The position numbers were made by a program, and so were the translations under genes. From NCBI RefSeq assembly GCF_044704955.1, contig NW_027253510.1, positions 124,001-188,000 on the forward strand: DNA of 64,000 nucleotides, written 5' to 3'. The notes below the pieces were generated by a model. That model was not told the DNA's origin. It worked only from the letters and a program-made list of their open reading frames with translations, and did not search any database. Source of the stretch: Pristiophorus japonicus. Its lineage: Eukaryota. Shown here one piece after another: positions 37,860 through 50,295 of this stretch. Numbering within the stretch: the first letter of the stretch is position 1; each line of letters begins with the position of its first letter.

Positions 37860-40800
37860 TGGAACCAATCAGGAGGCAGGCGATCTTAGATCTGGTCCTG
37901 TGTAATGAGACAGGATTAATAAACAATCTCCTAGTAAAGGATCCCCTTGGAATGAGTGATCATAACATGGTTGAATTTCAAATTCAGATGGAGGGTGAGA
38001 AAGTTGGATCTTAAACCAGCGTACTAAGCTTAATTAAAGGAGACGACAAAGGTATGAGGGCAGAGTTGGCTAAAGTGAATTGGGAAAATAGATTAAAGTG
38101 TAGAACGGTTGATGAACAGTGACGTACATTTAAGGAGATATTTCACAGCTCTCAAGAAAAATATATTCCAGTGAGGAGGAAAGGGTGTAAAAGAAAGGAA
38201 AAGCGTTTGATTAGGGCAGGGAAAATAGAGTACGAGAGGAAGCTTGCAGGGAACATTAAAATGGACTGCAAAAGCTTCTATAGATATGTAAAGAGAAAAA
38301 GGGTAGTAAAGACAAACTTAGGTCCCCTGCAGTCAGAATCAGGGGAAGTCATAACTGGGAACAAAGAAATGGCAGACCAATTGAACAAGTACTTTGGTTC
38401 GGTATTCACGAAGGAGGACACAAACAACCTTCCGGATATAAAAGGGGTCAGAGGGTCTAGTAAGAAGGAGGAACTGAGGAAAATCCTTATTAGTCGGGAA
38501 ATTGTGTTAGGGAAATTGATGGGATTGAAGGCCAATAAATCCCCAGGGCCTGATGGTCTGCATTCCAGAGTACTTAAGGAGGTGGCCTTGGAAATAGCGG
38601 ATGCATTGACAGTCATTTTCCAACATTCCATAGACTCTGGATCACTTCCTATGGAGTGGAGGGTAGCCAATGTAACCCCACTTTTTAAAAAAGGAGGGAG
38701 AGGGAAAACAGGGAATTATAGACCGGTCAGCCTGACATCGGTAGTGGGGAATTTGTTGGAATCAATTATTAAGGATGTCATAGCAGCGCATTTGGAAAGA
38801 GGTGACATGATAGGTCCAAGTCAGCATGGATTTGTGAAAGGGAAATCATGCTTGACAAATCTTCTAGAATTTTTTGAGGATGTTTCCAGTAGAGTGGACA
38901 AGGGAGAACCAGTTGATGTGGTGTGTTTGGACTTTCAGAAGGCTTTGGACAAGGTCCCACACAAGAGATTAATGTGCAAAGTTAAAGCACATGGAATTGG
39001 GGGTAGTGTGCTGACATGGATTGAGAACTGGTTGTCAGACAGGAAGCAAAGAGTAGGAGTAAATGGGTACTTTTCAGAATGGCAGGCAGTGACTAGTGGA
39101 GTACCGCAAGGTTCTGTGCTGGGGCCCCAGCTGTTTACACTGTACATTAATGATTTAGACGAGGTGATTAAATGTAGTATCTCCAAATTTGCGGATGACA
39201 CTAAGTTGGGTGGCAGTGCGAGCTGCGAGGAGGATGCTGTGAGGCTGCAGAGCGACTTGGATAGGTTAGGTGAGTGGGCAAATGCATGGCAGATGAAGTA
39301 TAATGTGGATAAATGTGAGGTTATCCACTTTGGTGGTAAAAACAGAGAGACAGACTATTATCTGAATGGTGACAGATTAGGAAAAGGGGAGGTGCAACGA
39401 GACCTGGGTGTCATGGTACATCAGTCATTGAAGGTTGGCATGCAGATACAGCAGGCGGTTAAGAAGGCAAATGGCATGTTGGCCTTCATAACGAGGGGAT
39501 TTGAGTACAGGGGCAGGGAGGTGTTGCTACAGTTGTACGGGGCCTTGGTGAGGCCACACCTGGAGTATTGTGTACAGTTTTGATCTCCTAACTTGAGGAA
39601 GGACATTCTTGCTATTGAGGGAGTGCAGCGAAGATTCACCAGACTGATTCCCGGGATGGTGGGTCTGACCTATCAAGAAAGACTGGATCAACTGGTCTTG
39701 TATTCACTGGAGTTCAGAATAATGAGAGGGGACCTCATAGAAACGTTTAAAATTCTGACGGGTTTAGACAGGTTAGATGCAGGAAGAATGTTCCCAATGT
39801 TGGGGAAGTCCAGAACCAGGGGTCACAGTCTAAGGATAAGGGGTAAGCCATTTCGGACCGAGATGAGGAGAAACTTCTTCACCCAGAGAGTGGTGAACCT
39901 GTGGAATTCTCCACCACAGAAAGTTGTTGAGAGCAATTCATTAAATATATTCAAAAAGGAGTTAGATGAAGTCCTTACTACTTGGGGAATCAAGGGGTAT
40001 GGCGAGAAAGCAGGAATGGGGTACTGAAGTTGCATGTTCAGCCATGAAATCATTGAATGGCGGTGCAGGCTCGAAGGGCCGAATGGCCTACTCCTGCACC
40101 TATTTTCTATGTTTCTATGTTTCTGCAGCCATCCGTGGCAAACTAAAAAAATAAAGGACGGTATCCAATTAAAAACAAGGGCATACAAAGTGGCCAAAAC
40201 TAGTGTGAGGACAGATGATTGGGAAGCTTTTAAAAGCCAGCAAAGAATGACTAAAAAATGATTAAGAAAGGGAAGATAGACTATGAAAGTAAACAAGCAC
40301 GAAATATAAAAACAGAAAACAAGAGTTTCTATAGGAATATAAAAAGGAAAAGAGTGGCTAAAGTAAATGTTGGTCCCTTAGAGGACGAGACCGGGGAATT
40401 AATAATGGGGAACATGGAGATGGCGAAAACTCTGAACAAATATTTTTAGTTAGTCTTTACGGTATTTTTATAGAACAAATATTTTTAGTCAGACTAACAA
40501 TATCCCAATAGTGGATCGACAAGGGGCTATATGGGGAGAGAAACTTAACACAATCACAATCACGAAGGAGGTGGTACTCAGTAAGGTAATGGGACTAAAG
40601 GCAGATAAATCCCCTGGAACTGATGGCTTGCATCCTGGGGTCTTAAGAGAGGTAGCGCCAGGGATAGTGGATGCATTGGTTATAATTTACCAAAATTCCC
40701 TGGATTCTGGGGAGCTCCCAGCAGATTCGAAAACTGCAAATGTAATGCCCCCATTTAAAAAAGGAGGCAGACAAAAAGCAGGAAACTATAGACCAGTTAT

Positions 40801-42188
40801 CCTAACATCTGTGGTTGGGAAAATGTTGGTGTCCATTATTAAAGAAGCAGTAGCAGGACATTTAGAAAAGCATAATTTGGTCAGGCAGAGTCAGCATGGA
40901 TTTATGAAGGGCAAGTCATGTTTGACAAATTTGCTGGAATTCTTTGAGGATGCAACGAACAGGGTGGATAAAGGGGAACCAGTGGATGTGGTGTATTTGG
41001 ACTTCCAGAAGGCATTTGACAAGGTGCCACGTAAAAGGATACTGTACAAGATCAAAGTTCACTGGGTTGGGGGTAATATATTAGCATGGATCGAGGATTG
41101 GCGAACTAACAGAAAACAGAGAGTCGGGATAAATGATTCATTCTCAGGTTGGCAATCAGTAACTAGTGGGGTTCTGCAGGGATCAGTGCTGGGACCCCAA
41201 CTATTTATAATCTATATTAATGACTTGGAAGAAAGGACCGAGTGTAACGGAGCCAAGTTTGCTGATGATACAAAGATGGGAGGAAAAGCAATGTGTGAGG
41301 AGGACACAAAAATCTGCAAAAGGATGTCGACAGGCTAAGTGAGTGGGTAAAAATTTGGCAGATGGAGTATAATGTTAGAAAGCGTGAGGTCATGCACTTT
41401 GGCAGAAAGAAATCAAAGAGCAAGTTATTATTTAAATGGAGAAAAATTGCAAAGTGCTGCAGTACAGCGGGACCTGGGGGTACTTGTGCATGAAACACAA
41501 AAGGTAGAATGCAGGTACAGCAAGTGATCAGGAAGGCCAATGGAATCTTGGTCTTTATAGCAAAGGGGATGGAGTATAGAAGCAGGGACGTCTTGCTACA
41601 GTTATACAGGGTATTGCTGAAGCCACACCTGGAATACTGCGCACAGTTTTGGTTTCCATATTTACGAAAGGATATACTTGCTTTGGAGGCAGTTCAGAGA
41701 AGTTTCACTAGGTTGATTCCAGAGATGAGTAGGTTGACTTATGAGGAAAGGATGAGAAGGTTGGGTCGCTACTCATTGGAATTCAGAAGAATGAGAGGTG
41801 ATCTTATCAAAACGTATAAGACTGTGAGAGGGCTTGACAAAGTGGATGCGGAGAGGATGTTTCCACTGATAAGTGAGAGTAGAACAAGGGGGCATAATCT
41901 TAGAATAAGGGGCCGCCATTTAAAACTGAGATGAGGAGGAATTTCTTTTCTCAGAGAGTTGTAAATCTGTGGAATTTGCTGCCTCAGAGAGCTGTGGAAG
42001 CCGGGACATTGAATAAATTTATGACAGAGATAGACAGTTTCTTTACCGATAAGGGAATAAGGGGTTATGGGGAGTGGACAGGGAAGTGGATCTGAGTCCA
42101 TGATCGGATCAGTCATGATCGTATTAAATGGCGGAGCAGGCGCGAGGGGCCGTATGGCCTACTCCTGTTCCTATTTCTTATGTTGTTA
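37860..42188 (+). mobile_element. 5'-truncated CR1 (third subfamily) carrying a nested subfamily-A CR1 at ~38200-40124
   Basis: Host ORF2 breaks after RRKGCKRK (~38197) and resumes at SHPWQTK (~40127); inner copy RT 38200-40027 has its own tttctatg tail; outer tail at ~42170-42188. Confidence 0.9.
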
Positions 42189-42228
42189 TGTAATGTATGA
42201 ACCTGTGAGCAGGTTTGTATAGCTGTTG

Positions 42229-43147
42229 TCGATGGGTGCCGGAGGGACTGGAATGCATCATCACCCCCGGCAGCAAATTTTAATTTGATCTTAATGTCCA
42301 AAGTTTAATTTGTTTAAGTTTGTCGGTTTTAGTGCCCCCTCCCTTTTAGCCAGGGGGCAATTGTATAATTTGTGTTTTGGTGCCCTCAGGAAAAAAACCC
42401 ACAGGGGGCACCATAAATGTTTTGGAGTGTTCCCCCCCCCCCTTTAATCAGGGGGCACTTGATTGTTTTCTATAAAATAGTTGCTAATATATTTAGCTGT
42501 TGTGGGAGTGTTTCAGCCACTTGTGAGTTGGGAGCCTGTGGAGAAGGAGCTGCTACAACTATCTGTCTGCCTGCCACCAGAGTCTCTCGGAGAGGAGGAA
42601 GAGGCCTGCTGGATTAACACCTTGAGAGGGAGGAGGACCAAGAGCTGCTAGCTTCAACACCCCTGCGACAGAGTTGGAGAGAGGGGAAGAGAACAAACTA
42701 CAAACTGTCACACCATCATCTGTGTGAAAGGAGGCAGAGCCATTTACAACACCGACAGGTGGCTGCACTCTCCAAAAAATACTTTAGTTTGTAGGTGGGG
42801 GGAGGAGAGACCATTTAGGCCGGAACATTGTGGGGGTTTGTGTGTGTGTAAGGGTGTGGGGTTCTTGTGAATAACTAGGCCCCACACACCACTAAAACAC
42901 CCCTCTCCCCATTGCCTGGCCCAGGACAGCTCGAGCTGCCTGGGTAATTAACTCCCTTAATTAACATCATTAAGACCTGGTGGAGGATGGTACCTGGGTA
43001 GTTCCAGCTATCCTGGGTGAAGACATCTTCCCCCACCTGAAGACCATCGATAAAGACTTTGTTTACCATCGAAGAGTGCACCCCTGCCAGCACCCACCCA
43101 ACACTGAGGGGTGACCCTGCCCTCACAGCTTCCCTCTTTCCCACCCC

Positions 43148-43201
<54 letters not shown>

Positions 43202-46200
43202 GCCCCTCTTTCCTACTCTCAATTGCAATTACTATTATTAATTAAAACTACCCAGCAGAGAGAAAGAGGCCCCTCCCCAATTGTTAAACACGCAGGGGAG
43301 AGGTGTGCCTAATTAAGAGCTCCCGCTGCTCAATTAAAGAGGCCCTGAAGGCCTGTGACATTGGGGTGGGTGTGGCCTTTAAAGGGACCCTGATATGGCG
43401 AGTCCACCTTCGCCGGGGGCGGGGCCAGCAAAAACATGCGCACGTGGTGGTCACTGCTGCCCTGCTGCCCTGCCACCTTTTACATTATTGACCAAAAAGA
43501 ATGGGGTCAAGAGCTACACCCACCCCAACATGACGATTGTGGAGTGCGTGAGGGCAATGGCTGGGGTAGTCAGCCCCTTGGCCATTCTCGCCACCTCAAA
43601 AATGCACATGAAGGCTATGTTCTTCCTGGGGTCAGAGCAGGGAGTGTCCCTGGCCCTGAATAAGGGGCTCACGGTGGGTGGGACTCGAGACCACCGCACA
43701 GAGAATTGTCATCTCCAACGTTCCGCCCTATGTTCCCGGTGTGTTCCTCCTCCCCCACCTACGTCAACTGGTGGAGGTGAGGGCGGGGATAATGCCGATC
43801 CCGCTCGGATTCAGGGAGGCCAGCCTCCCTTGTGTTCTCCGTCCGGCGCCAGCTTTTTGTTCAGCTGGTCCGGGAGGAGGTAACAGAAGGTGCATTCAAT
43901 GTGGTCCACGAGGGGACAGCCTACCGCTTCTTCTGGACAGCATGTGGTGCCATGCCTGTAGAGAGGTGGGGCATGTCCGCAGTGAACTGCCCCGCCTCCA
44001 AGGCCGCCAAAACACCTAAAGTGGCCTCGGCTGGTGCCGCCGCCAGTCCTCCCCCCGTTACCGTCCGCGTGTGAGGAACCAAAGATGCGCGGGTGTCGTC
44101 GGGGGCCAATGTCATCTCGGCCTCTGGCAGGTTGGAGGGAGAGCGTCCGCGCGGAAGGAAGGCGTGGAAGAAAGACAAACACCTTCAGCCGAGTCCCCTC
44201 AGTGGGCTAAACAGCCCTATCACTGCGCTTAGCCCCAACTTACCACCGGCGAGCGTGGGGCATTCTGTGCCCAAGCCCTTGACCATACCCGCATCTGCGG
44301 AGAGTTTGCCACCTGCGGTCGGGCGCGGGCAAGAAACCCGGAAGGAAGGAGTGGGGGCAGAGGCCTCGGCAGATATGGAGGTCTCCCAGCTTCCGCGTCC
44401 CTCCAGACAGAAAAGGAGGCACCGCTCCACGGAAAGGGAGGAGGACCAAGATCCCTCCGTGGAGAAGTTGGTGCCTGGCGACGGTCCCGCGTCCCCCACC
44501 AGCGCTCCCAACGTGTGCCGAAGGCAGGGGGAGTCTGTCCCTCAGGGGGGTGAGACAGCCAAGGCTGTCTAGCCTGAGCCTCCTGGGGATGGGGAAGAAG
44601 AACTGTCTGTTGCGGAGGCCGCGGGGCAGCAAAAAGAAAGTATCGCCGCAGGATCGAGTGTCCTGGGGACTGAGGCGGGCAAGGCCGAAGAGTCCGAGCT
44701 CGCCCAGTCAAACATCAGCATCCCCCGGGATCTGCTCGACCCGGCAGAAGAGTATCACAAGAACCCCCGCCCGCTGGGTCAGAGGGTGGTGGTGGGGAGG
44801 GTGAGGAACACCAATCTCTGTCCCTGATGTTGGAGCCGGGGTACTTGGAGAACCTGGAGCAGTTCTTCAGCCCGGTCTCTCCGTGCTCCCCGGTGCCTGG
44901 GGCGGAGGGGGACCCCTGTCCACTGCCACTTCCCGACCCGGTATTCCAGGAAGAGCCCAGGGGGGACTGCTCTGCCAATGATCCTGGGGGTGGGATTGTG
45001 ACAGAGGTAGGGCCGGATGGTGCGGCCGGGCCGTTCACCGTACCCTGTGCGGTCGACGGACTGGCCGCTGGTGGCAACCTCCCGGAGGAGGACGGGGACT
45101 CGGTGGTGGACGCGGGAGAGGATTTGGAGTCCATCGGCAGTGAGGCAATGGATCTCCTTGTGCCCGCCGCTGAGTCCACCCTCATTCCTGCCAAGGAACT
45201 CCGGGAATTTTTGGTGCAATGCCAGGGTCACCGCAATAGAGCCCACCTGTCCCTGGACCAATGGTCCAAGTCGGTGCTGCTCATCAGGTCCGTCCGCCGT
45301 CAGAACCATGGGCGCGGACAGGACCTGACCAAAAAAAGTCATCTTCAGCTGCACCGGCTCAGAACGTTCCTCACTGGGTTGCTGAGGGAGTGGAGGTCAT
45401 CTCATGACTCCGTCCCTCCCCACAGTAGGTTATTTAGAGGTTGCACTATGCTCTTGTCATGAAGATAACCGTAGCCAGCCTCAACATCAATGGCGGCAGA
45501 GAGGCACGCTGAGAATTTAATAATTTTCCGCTCCTTCGGGAGGGGAAATATCTGGTGTGCTTCCTGCAAGAAACCCACACCGTGCCGGGAGATGAGGCCA
45601 TGTGACTCCTGGAATGGCAAGGAGAGGTTCGCATGAGCCACCTCACTGCCACTTCTTGTGGGGTGGCTATCTTGCTGGCCCCACATTTTCAGCCGGAGAT
45701 CTTGTGGGTCGAGAAGCCTGTGCCAGGCCACTTGCTCCATGTCACGGTTCGCCTGGGGGACGTGCCGCTCCATTTAGTGAGCAAGTGCGTTTCCGAGAAG
45801 AATTATCCACTCTTCTAGGCTCCGTCAACGTCGGCGACTGCATTGTCCTCGGGGCGGGATTTTAATTGCACCCTCGAGGCGAGGGACCACTCCGGTGCCT
45901 TGCAGAGCTTGGCGGTGATAGAAACGTTGAGGGATCTGGTCGGGTCCTTCGACTTGGTGGACGTCTGGCGAAATCTCCATCCCGACTCCAGCACCTTCAC
46001 TTGGGTGAGGCCTGGAAGAGGAAGGTCCGGAATCGACTGCCTGTACATTTCCCGGGCGTACGTCTCCTGAGTTCCCCAGCTTCCATGCGGCCGGTGCCGT
46101 GCTCGGACCACCACCTGATGTGGGCGGAGCTTGCTTCGCTCCGTGCGCGGGTGGGGTCTGCGTACTGGCATTTTAACAACCTGCTGCTGGGGGACAAGCG

Positions 46201-49200
46201 GTTCCAGGATTTGTTCCGTCGGTTCTGGTCCGACTGGAGAAGGAAGCAGGGGGGCTTCTCCTCCTTGAGGTTATGGTGGGACGTGGGCAAGGCTCACTTC
46301 CGTCTCTTCTGTCAAGAGTACGCGAAGGGGTCGACCAAGAGGCGGGAGGCCAGGGTGGGGCGCCTGGAGAAGGAGGTGCTCGACCTGGAGTCCCATCTCG
46401 GTCAAGTCGTGGAGGACCCGGCCCTGTAGACCGTGTACAAAGCGAAGAAGGCCGCGCTGAAGGACCTGCAGCTCATCGGGTCCCGAGGCACATTCGTGAG
46501 GTCACGTATCTGGTTCCTCCAGAACCTGGACCACGGCTCCCCCTTCTACTCGCTGGAAAAAAGACGAGGTCCGTAAGCAGCTCTTCACGCTGCTGGCCGA
46601 CGACGGATCTCTGGTCTCAGATCCGGAGGGCATCAGCAACAGGGCCTGAGACTATTACGGGGCTCTGTTCTCCTCGGATCCGTCCAGCGAAGAAGCGTGT
46701 AGAGTTTTGTGGGAAGACCTGCCGAAGGTCGGGCTGGATGGTGCCGAGAATCTGGACAATCCGCTAGGCCTGGCGGAGCTGACCGGTGCCCTCGACCAGC
46801 TCTCGAGGGGAAAGTCCCTGGGGCTGGATGGGCTGACCGTGGAGTTCCACAGGGCATCCTTGGGGCCGACTACGTGCGGGTCCTGGGGGAAAGTCCGGTG
46901 ACCGGGGAGATGCCCCTCTCTTGGTGCAGGGCAGTCATCGTCCTGCTGCCTATGAAGGGCGATCTCCGCCAACTTAAGAACTGGTGCCCGGTCTCCCTCC
47001 TCAGGACGGATTACAAAATTTTTGCCAGGGCTGTGTCTGCTCGCCTTGGGGCCGTGCTAGACCACATGATCCACCCGACCAGTCCTGCACTGTCCCGGGC
47101 CGGGCAATCCACGATAACATCTATCTGGTCCAGGACCTGGTCCACCATTCCCAGGAGGCTGGTCTGTCGATTGCCTTCCTTTCCCTCGACAGGAGAAGGC
47201 GTTCGACAGGATGGATCACGAGTATCTGTTCGGAACTATGCACACTGTCAGGTTCGGGACGCATTTCGTTGCCTGGATCTGACTTTTGTATGTGGCCGCG
47301 GAGTGTCTGATTAAGGTTAATGGATCTTTGACGGCACCCCTTCGCTTTGGGAGAGGTGTGCGCCAGGGATGCCCCATGTCCAGCCAGTTATATGCCATAT
47401 GAGTGGAGCCTTTCCTGCGCCTCTTGCGGAAGAGGTTGACGGGACTGGCTCTACAAGGGCCGGACGTGGAGGTCGTCCTCTCGGCTTACGCCGATGATCT
47501 GCTCCTCATGGTCGAGGATCCTATTGAACTACGGAGGATGCCTGAGTGCCAGGAGATTTACTCAGCCGCATCCTCCGCCAGGATCAACTGAGAGAAATGT
47601 TCCGGACTCCTGGTGGGTGAGTGGCAGGTGGACTCCCTGCCGGAGGAGCTCAGGACTTTTGCCTGGAGCACGACCCATCTCCTCTATCTGGGAGTCTACC
47701 TTAGCCTTGCCGAGGAAGCCTGGCCGGTGAACTGGCAAGAGCTGGAGGCCAAATTGCCACTTGCCGAGGGCGCTGGACAGGACTGCTCCGAGTGCTGTCC
47801 TACAGGGGTCGAGCGCTAGTCATAAACCAGCTGGTGGCCGCTATGCTGTGGTACTGGCTGGTCACTTTGACCCCTCCCCCTGCATTTGTCACTAAGATGC
47901 AGAAAAAGCTGGTGGACTTCTTCTGGAACAACAGGAAGCACTGGTTCTCTGCTGCGGTTCTGAGTCTCCTGCTGAAGGAGGGCAGGCATTGGTGTGCATC
48001 AGCACCCAGCACGCGACTTTCCATCTTCAGACCCTGCAGAGATAGCTGTATGTTGAGCCCCCTCCGAGGTGGTGTGTGCTGGCGATGTATTTCTTCCGCC
48101 AGCAGTACAGCCTCAATTATGATACGCAGTTCCTGTTTGTGAGCCTGGGGGGTGTCAGGACCACCATGTGGGGGCTGCCCACCTTTTACCAGGAACTCAT
48201 CAGGGTCTGGAACAGAGTCACCACCAAGCGCAGCTCTCCCCCGTCTGGAGTGGCGGCTGTCCTTTGGGAGCCGCTGCTCAGGAATCTGTACCTCCACCAC
48301 CGCGGTTTTCGGTGGCAGGCGGACGAGAGGGCTGTGTCTGGCGAGGTGACCAGGGTCAGGGACCTGCTCGATGGCGAGGAGCGTGCTGGATGGTGCCTGA
48401 AGAGCTGGCACGGCACCTACCCTGGTCCAGCGTGTGGCCAATGCCATCGAGTCGCTAAAAACGGCACTGGGCCCTGACTCCGTTAGGTGTGTCGAGGATG
48501 CTCAAGCACGAGGGGCGATCCCGTCCAAACTGACCCCCGTCCGGACGGAATTCCTCATCGGCACCAAGCCTCGAAACCTCCTTCAGGAGCCGGCGCCTCA
48601 CAATTTGAGCCTCTTCCGGGAAATCCCCTCTGTGCCTTTCGGTTCTGCGCGGAGGGGTTTCCTGTATGGGCTGCTCCTGCACACTCTCTACCTTGCCATT
48701 CTCGTCTGCCGTCTGGACATGCAATGGTGCACCATCTTCCCGTCCGGATGAGGCGGGGGTCCCCAATGGAGTGCACTCTATGCAGGAGTCCTCCCTTTAT
48801 TTATTGGGGACTTGGCCTGGAGGGTGTTGCACAGAGCAGTCCCGTGCAATCGATTTTTAAGTCAGTTCACGGACTCCCAGGCCGCCTGTAATTTCTGCGG
48901 TCTGGAGGAGTCCGTGTTCCATATTTATATTGAGTGTGTGAGGTTGCAGGCCCTGTTCCAATATTTGAAGGGGCTGCTCCTCAAATTCTGGTTGCACTTC
49001 AGTCCTACAGTCCTGATCTTTGGGCACCTTGTGCAGAGGGGAGCGGGCAGGTCGGAGGGCCTCCTCATAGGACTGCTCCTGGGCATGGCCAAGGAGACCA
49101 TCAGCATGTCCAGGCAGCGGGCGGTCGACGGGGTCGTTCAGCCCGACTGCCTGCCTCTCTTCCGCGGTTACATCCGAGCCAGGGTGTCCCTGGAGATGGA

Positions 49201-49440
49201 GCACGCAGTGTCCACCGGTACGCTCACGGCCTTCCACAAGAGGTGGACCCCAGAGGAACTGGAGTGTATCATCACCCCGAGCAACCAAATTTTAATTTGA
49301 TCGTTAAAGTTTAAAAGTTAATTTGTTTAATTTGCCGCTTTTAGTATCCCCCGTTAACAAGGGTCACTTGATTTATAGGTTCACAAAAATAATTGTGGAG
49401 CTGTTCCAGGAACTTGATTTAAAGTTTCTACTCAAAATAG
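42229..49440 (+). mobile_element. Tx1-clade non-LTR retrotransposon: full-length degenerate copy (~42502-49393) flanked by two short 3'-end copies
   Basis: ORF1 ~43395-45430 with knuckle CHACREVGH; ORF2 from ~45459 (MKITVASLNINGG, LQETH, DFNC, CSDHH, GLDGLTVEF, AYADD, CNFCGLEESVFHIYIEC) ending 49300. Confidence 0.92.
43150..43199. repeat. (CT)n microsatellite in the Tx1 5' UTR
   Basis: ~24 CT units. Confidence 0.95.
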
Positions 49441-49680
49441 TGTAGAGCTGTTGCATTGTGAGTGGCTTAGCCAGTCATGTGATGTTGACAAGACTCAATA
49501 AAACCCCAATCAGTTGGGCCCAGGTCATCCACGATGAGGTATGCAGTTGTGAGCCTCGTGGATGAACTGGTAATGTGTAGTGGGATTGTTAAACCTTTGT
49601 TAATAAACCAACTAGTTCTTGATAGCAATGTGTTGCTATGAATTCTTAAAGCAAAGAACCCAAGAAGTAAATGCATTACA

Positions 49681-50270
49681 GAGGGGTTTAGCGAGGGAGC
49701 TCGAGGGAGTCGGGCTGAGGCAATGAAAGGCTTTTCCACCAATGGAGGGAGGGGAAGGGGGAGTGAATGCACAGTTAAAGAAGCAAAGAGTGCCGGGGTT
49801 ATCGGCCTGGAGGAGGTTACAGAAGGTTGGAGGTGGGACAAGGCCAGTCAGAGATTTGAAGCTGAGGACAAGAGTTTATATTTAGTGCATTGAGGGACAG
49901 GGAGCCTCTGTACGATGACAGTGAGGAGGATTTCCTGTGGGACAGGATATGAGCGACTGTATTTTGGACAAATCAGTCGAGTTCACTGAGGATGTGAGGC
50001 CAGCAATGAGAGCATTGGAGCCATCAAGACCAGAGGTGACAGGAGCATGGATAAGGATGTCAGTGTTGTAGGGTATCAGGTGTGACCTTGGGCAGGACCA
50101 CTTCAATGCTGTGAGCTGGAATTGGACTGGACAGATTGGAACAGGCAGCATTGAGAGGGTTGGGCTTGGAGTTTAGGTGAAGATGGGTCAGCAGGCAGAG
50201 AGGACAGGCGGGTGGGTGGCTTGTTTGAGGAGGGGATTGATGACTGGTTTTGAATGTTTGAGGAAAGTCA
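49681..50270 (-). mobile_element. Old L2 LINE fragment (probably continues at ~53025-53240)
   Basis: ILIHAPVTSGLDGSNALIAGL resembles the L2 RT C-terminal LIHAFVTSRLDYSNALLAGL motif. Confidence 0.6.
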
Positions 50271-50295
50271 CTAGTAGTGTGAGCTACACAGTAAA

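Larger units (their letters stand above)
42189..49680. mobile_element. Solo LTR split by Tx1 insertions (halves 42189-42228 and ~49441-49680)
   Basis: Inverted termini TGTAATGTAT ... ATGCATTACA; AATAAA motifs in the right half; target motif agctgttg repeated at both breakpoints. Confidence 0.6.
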
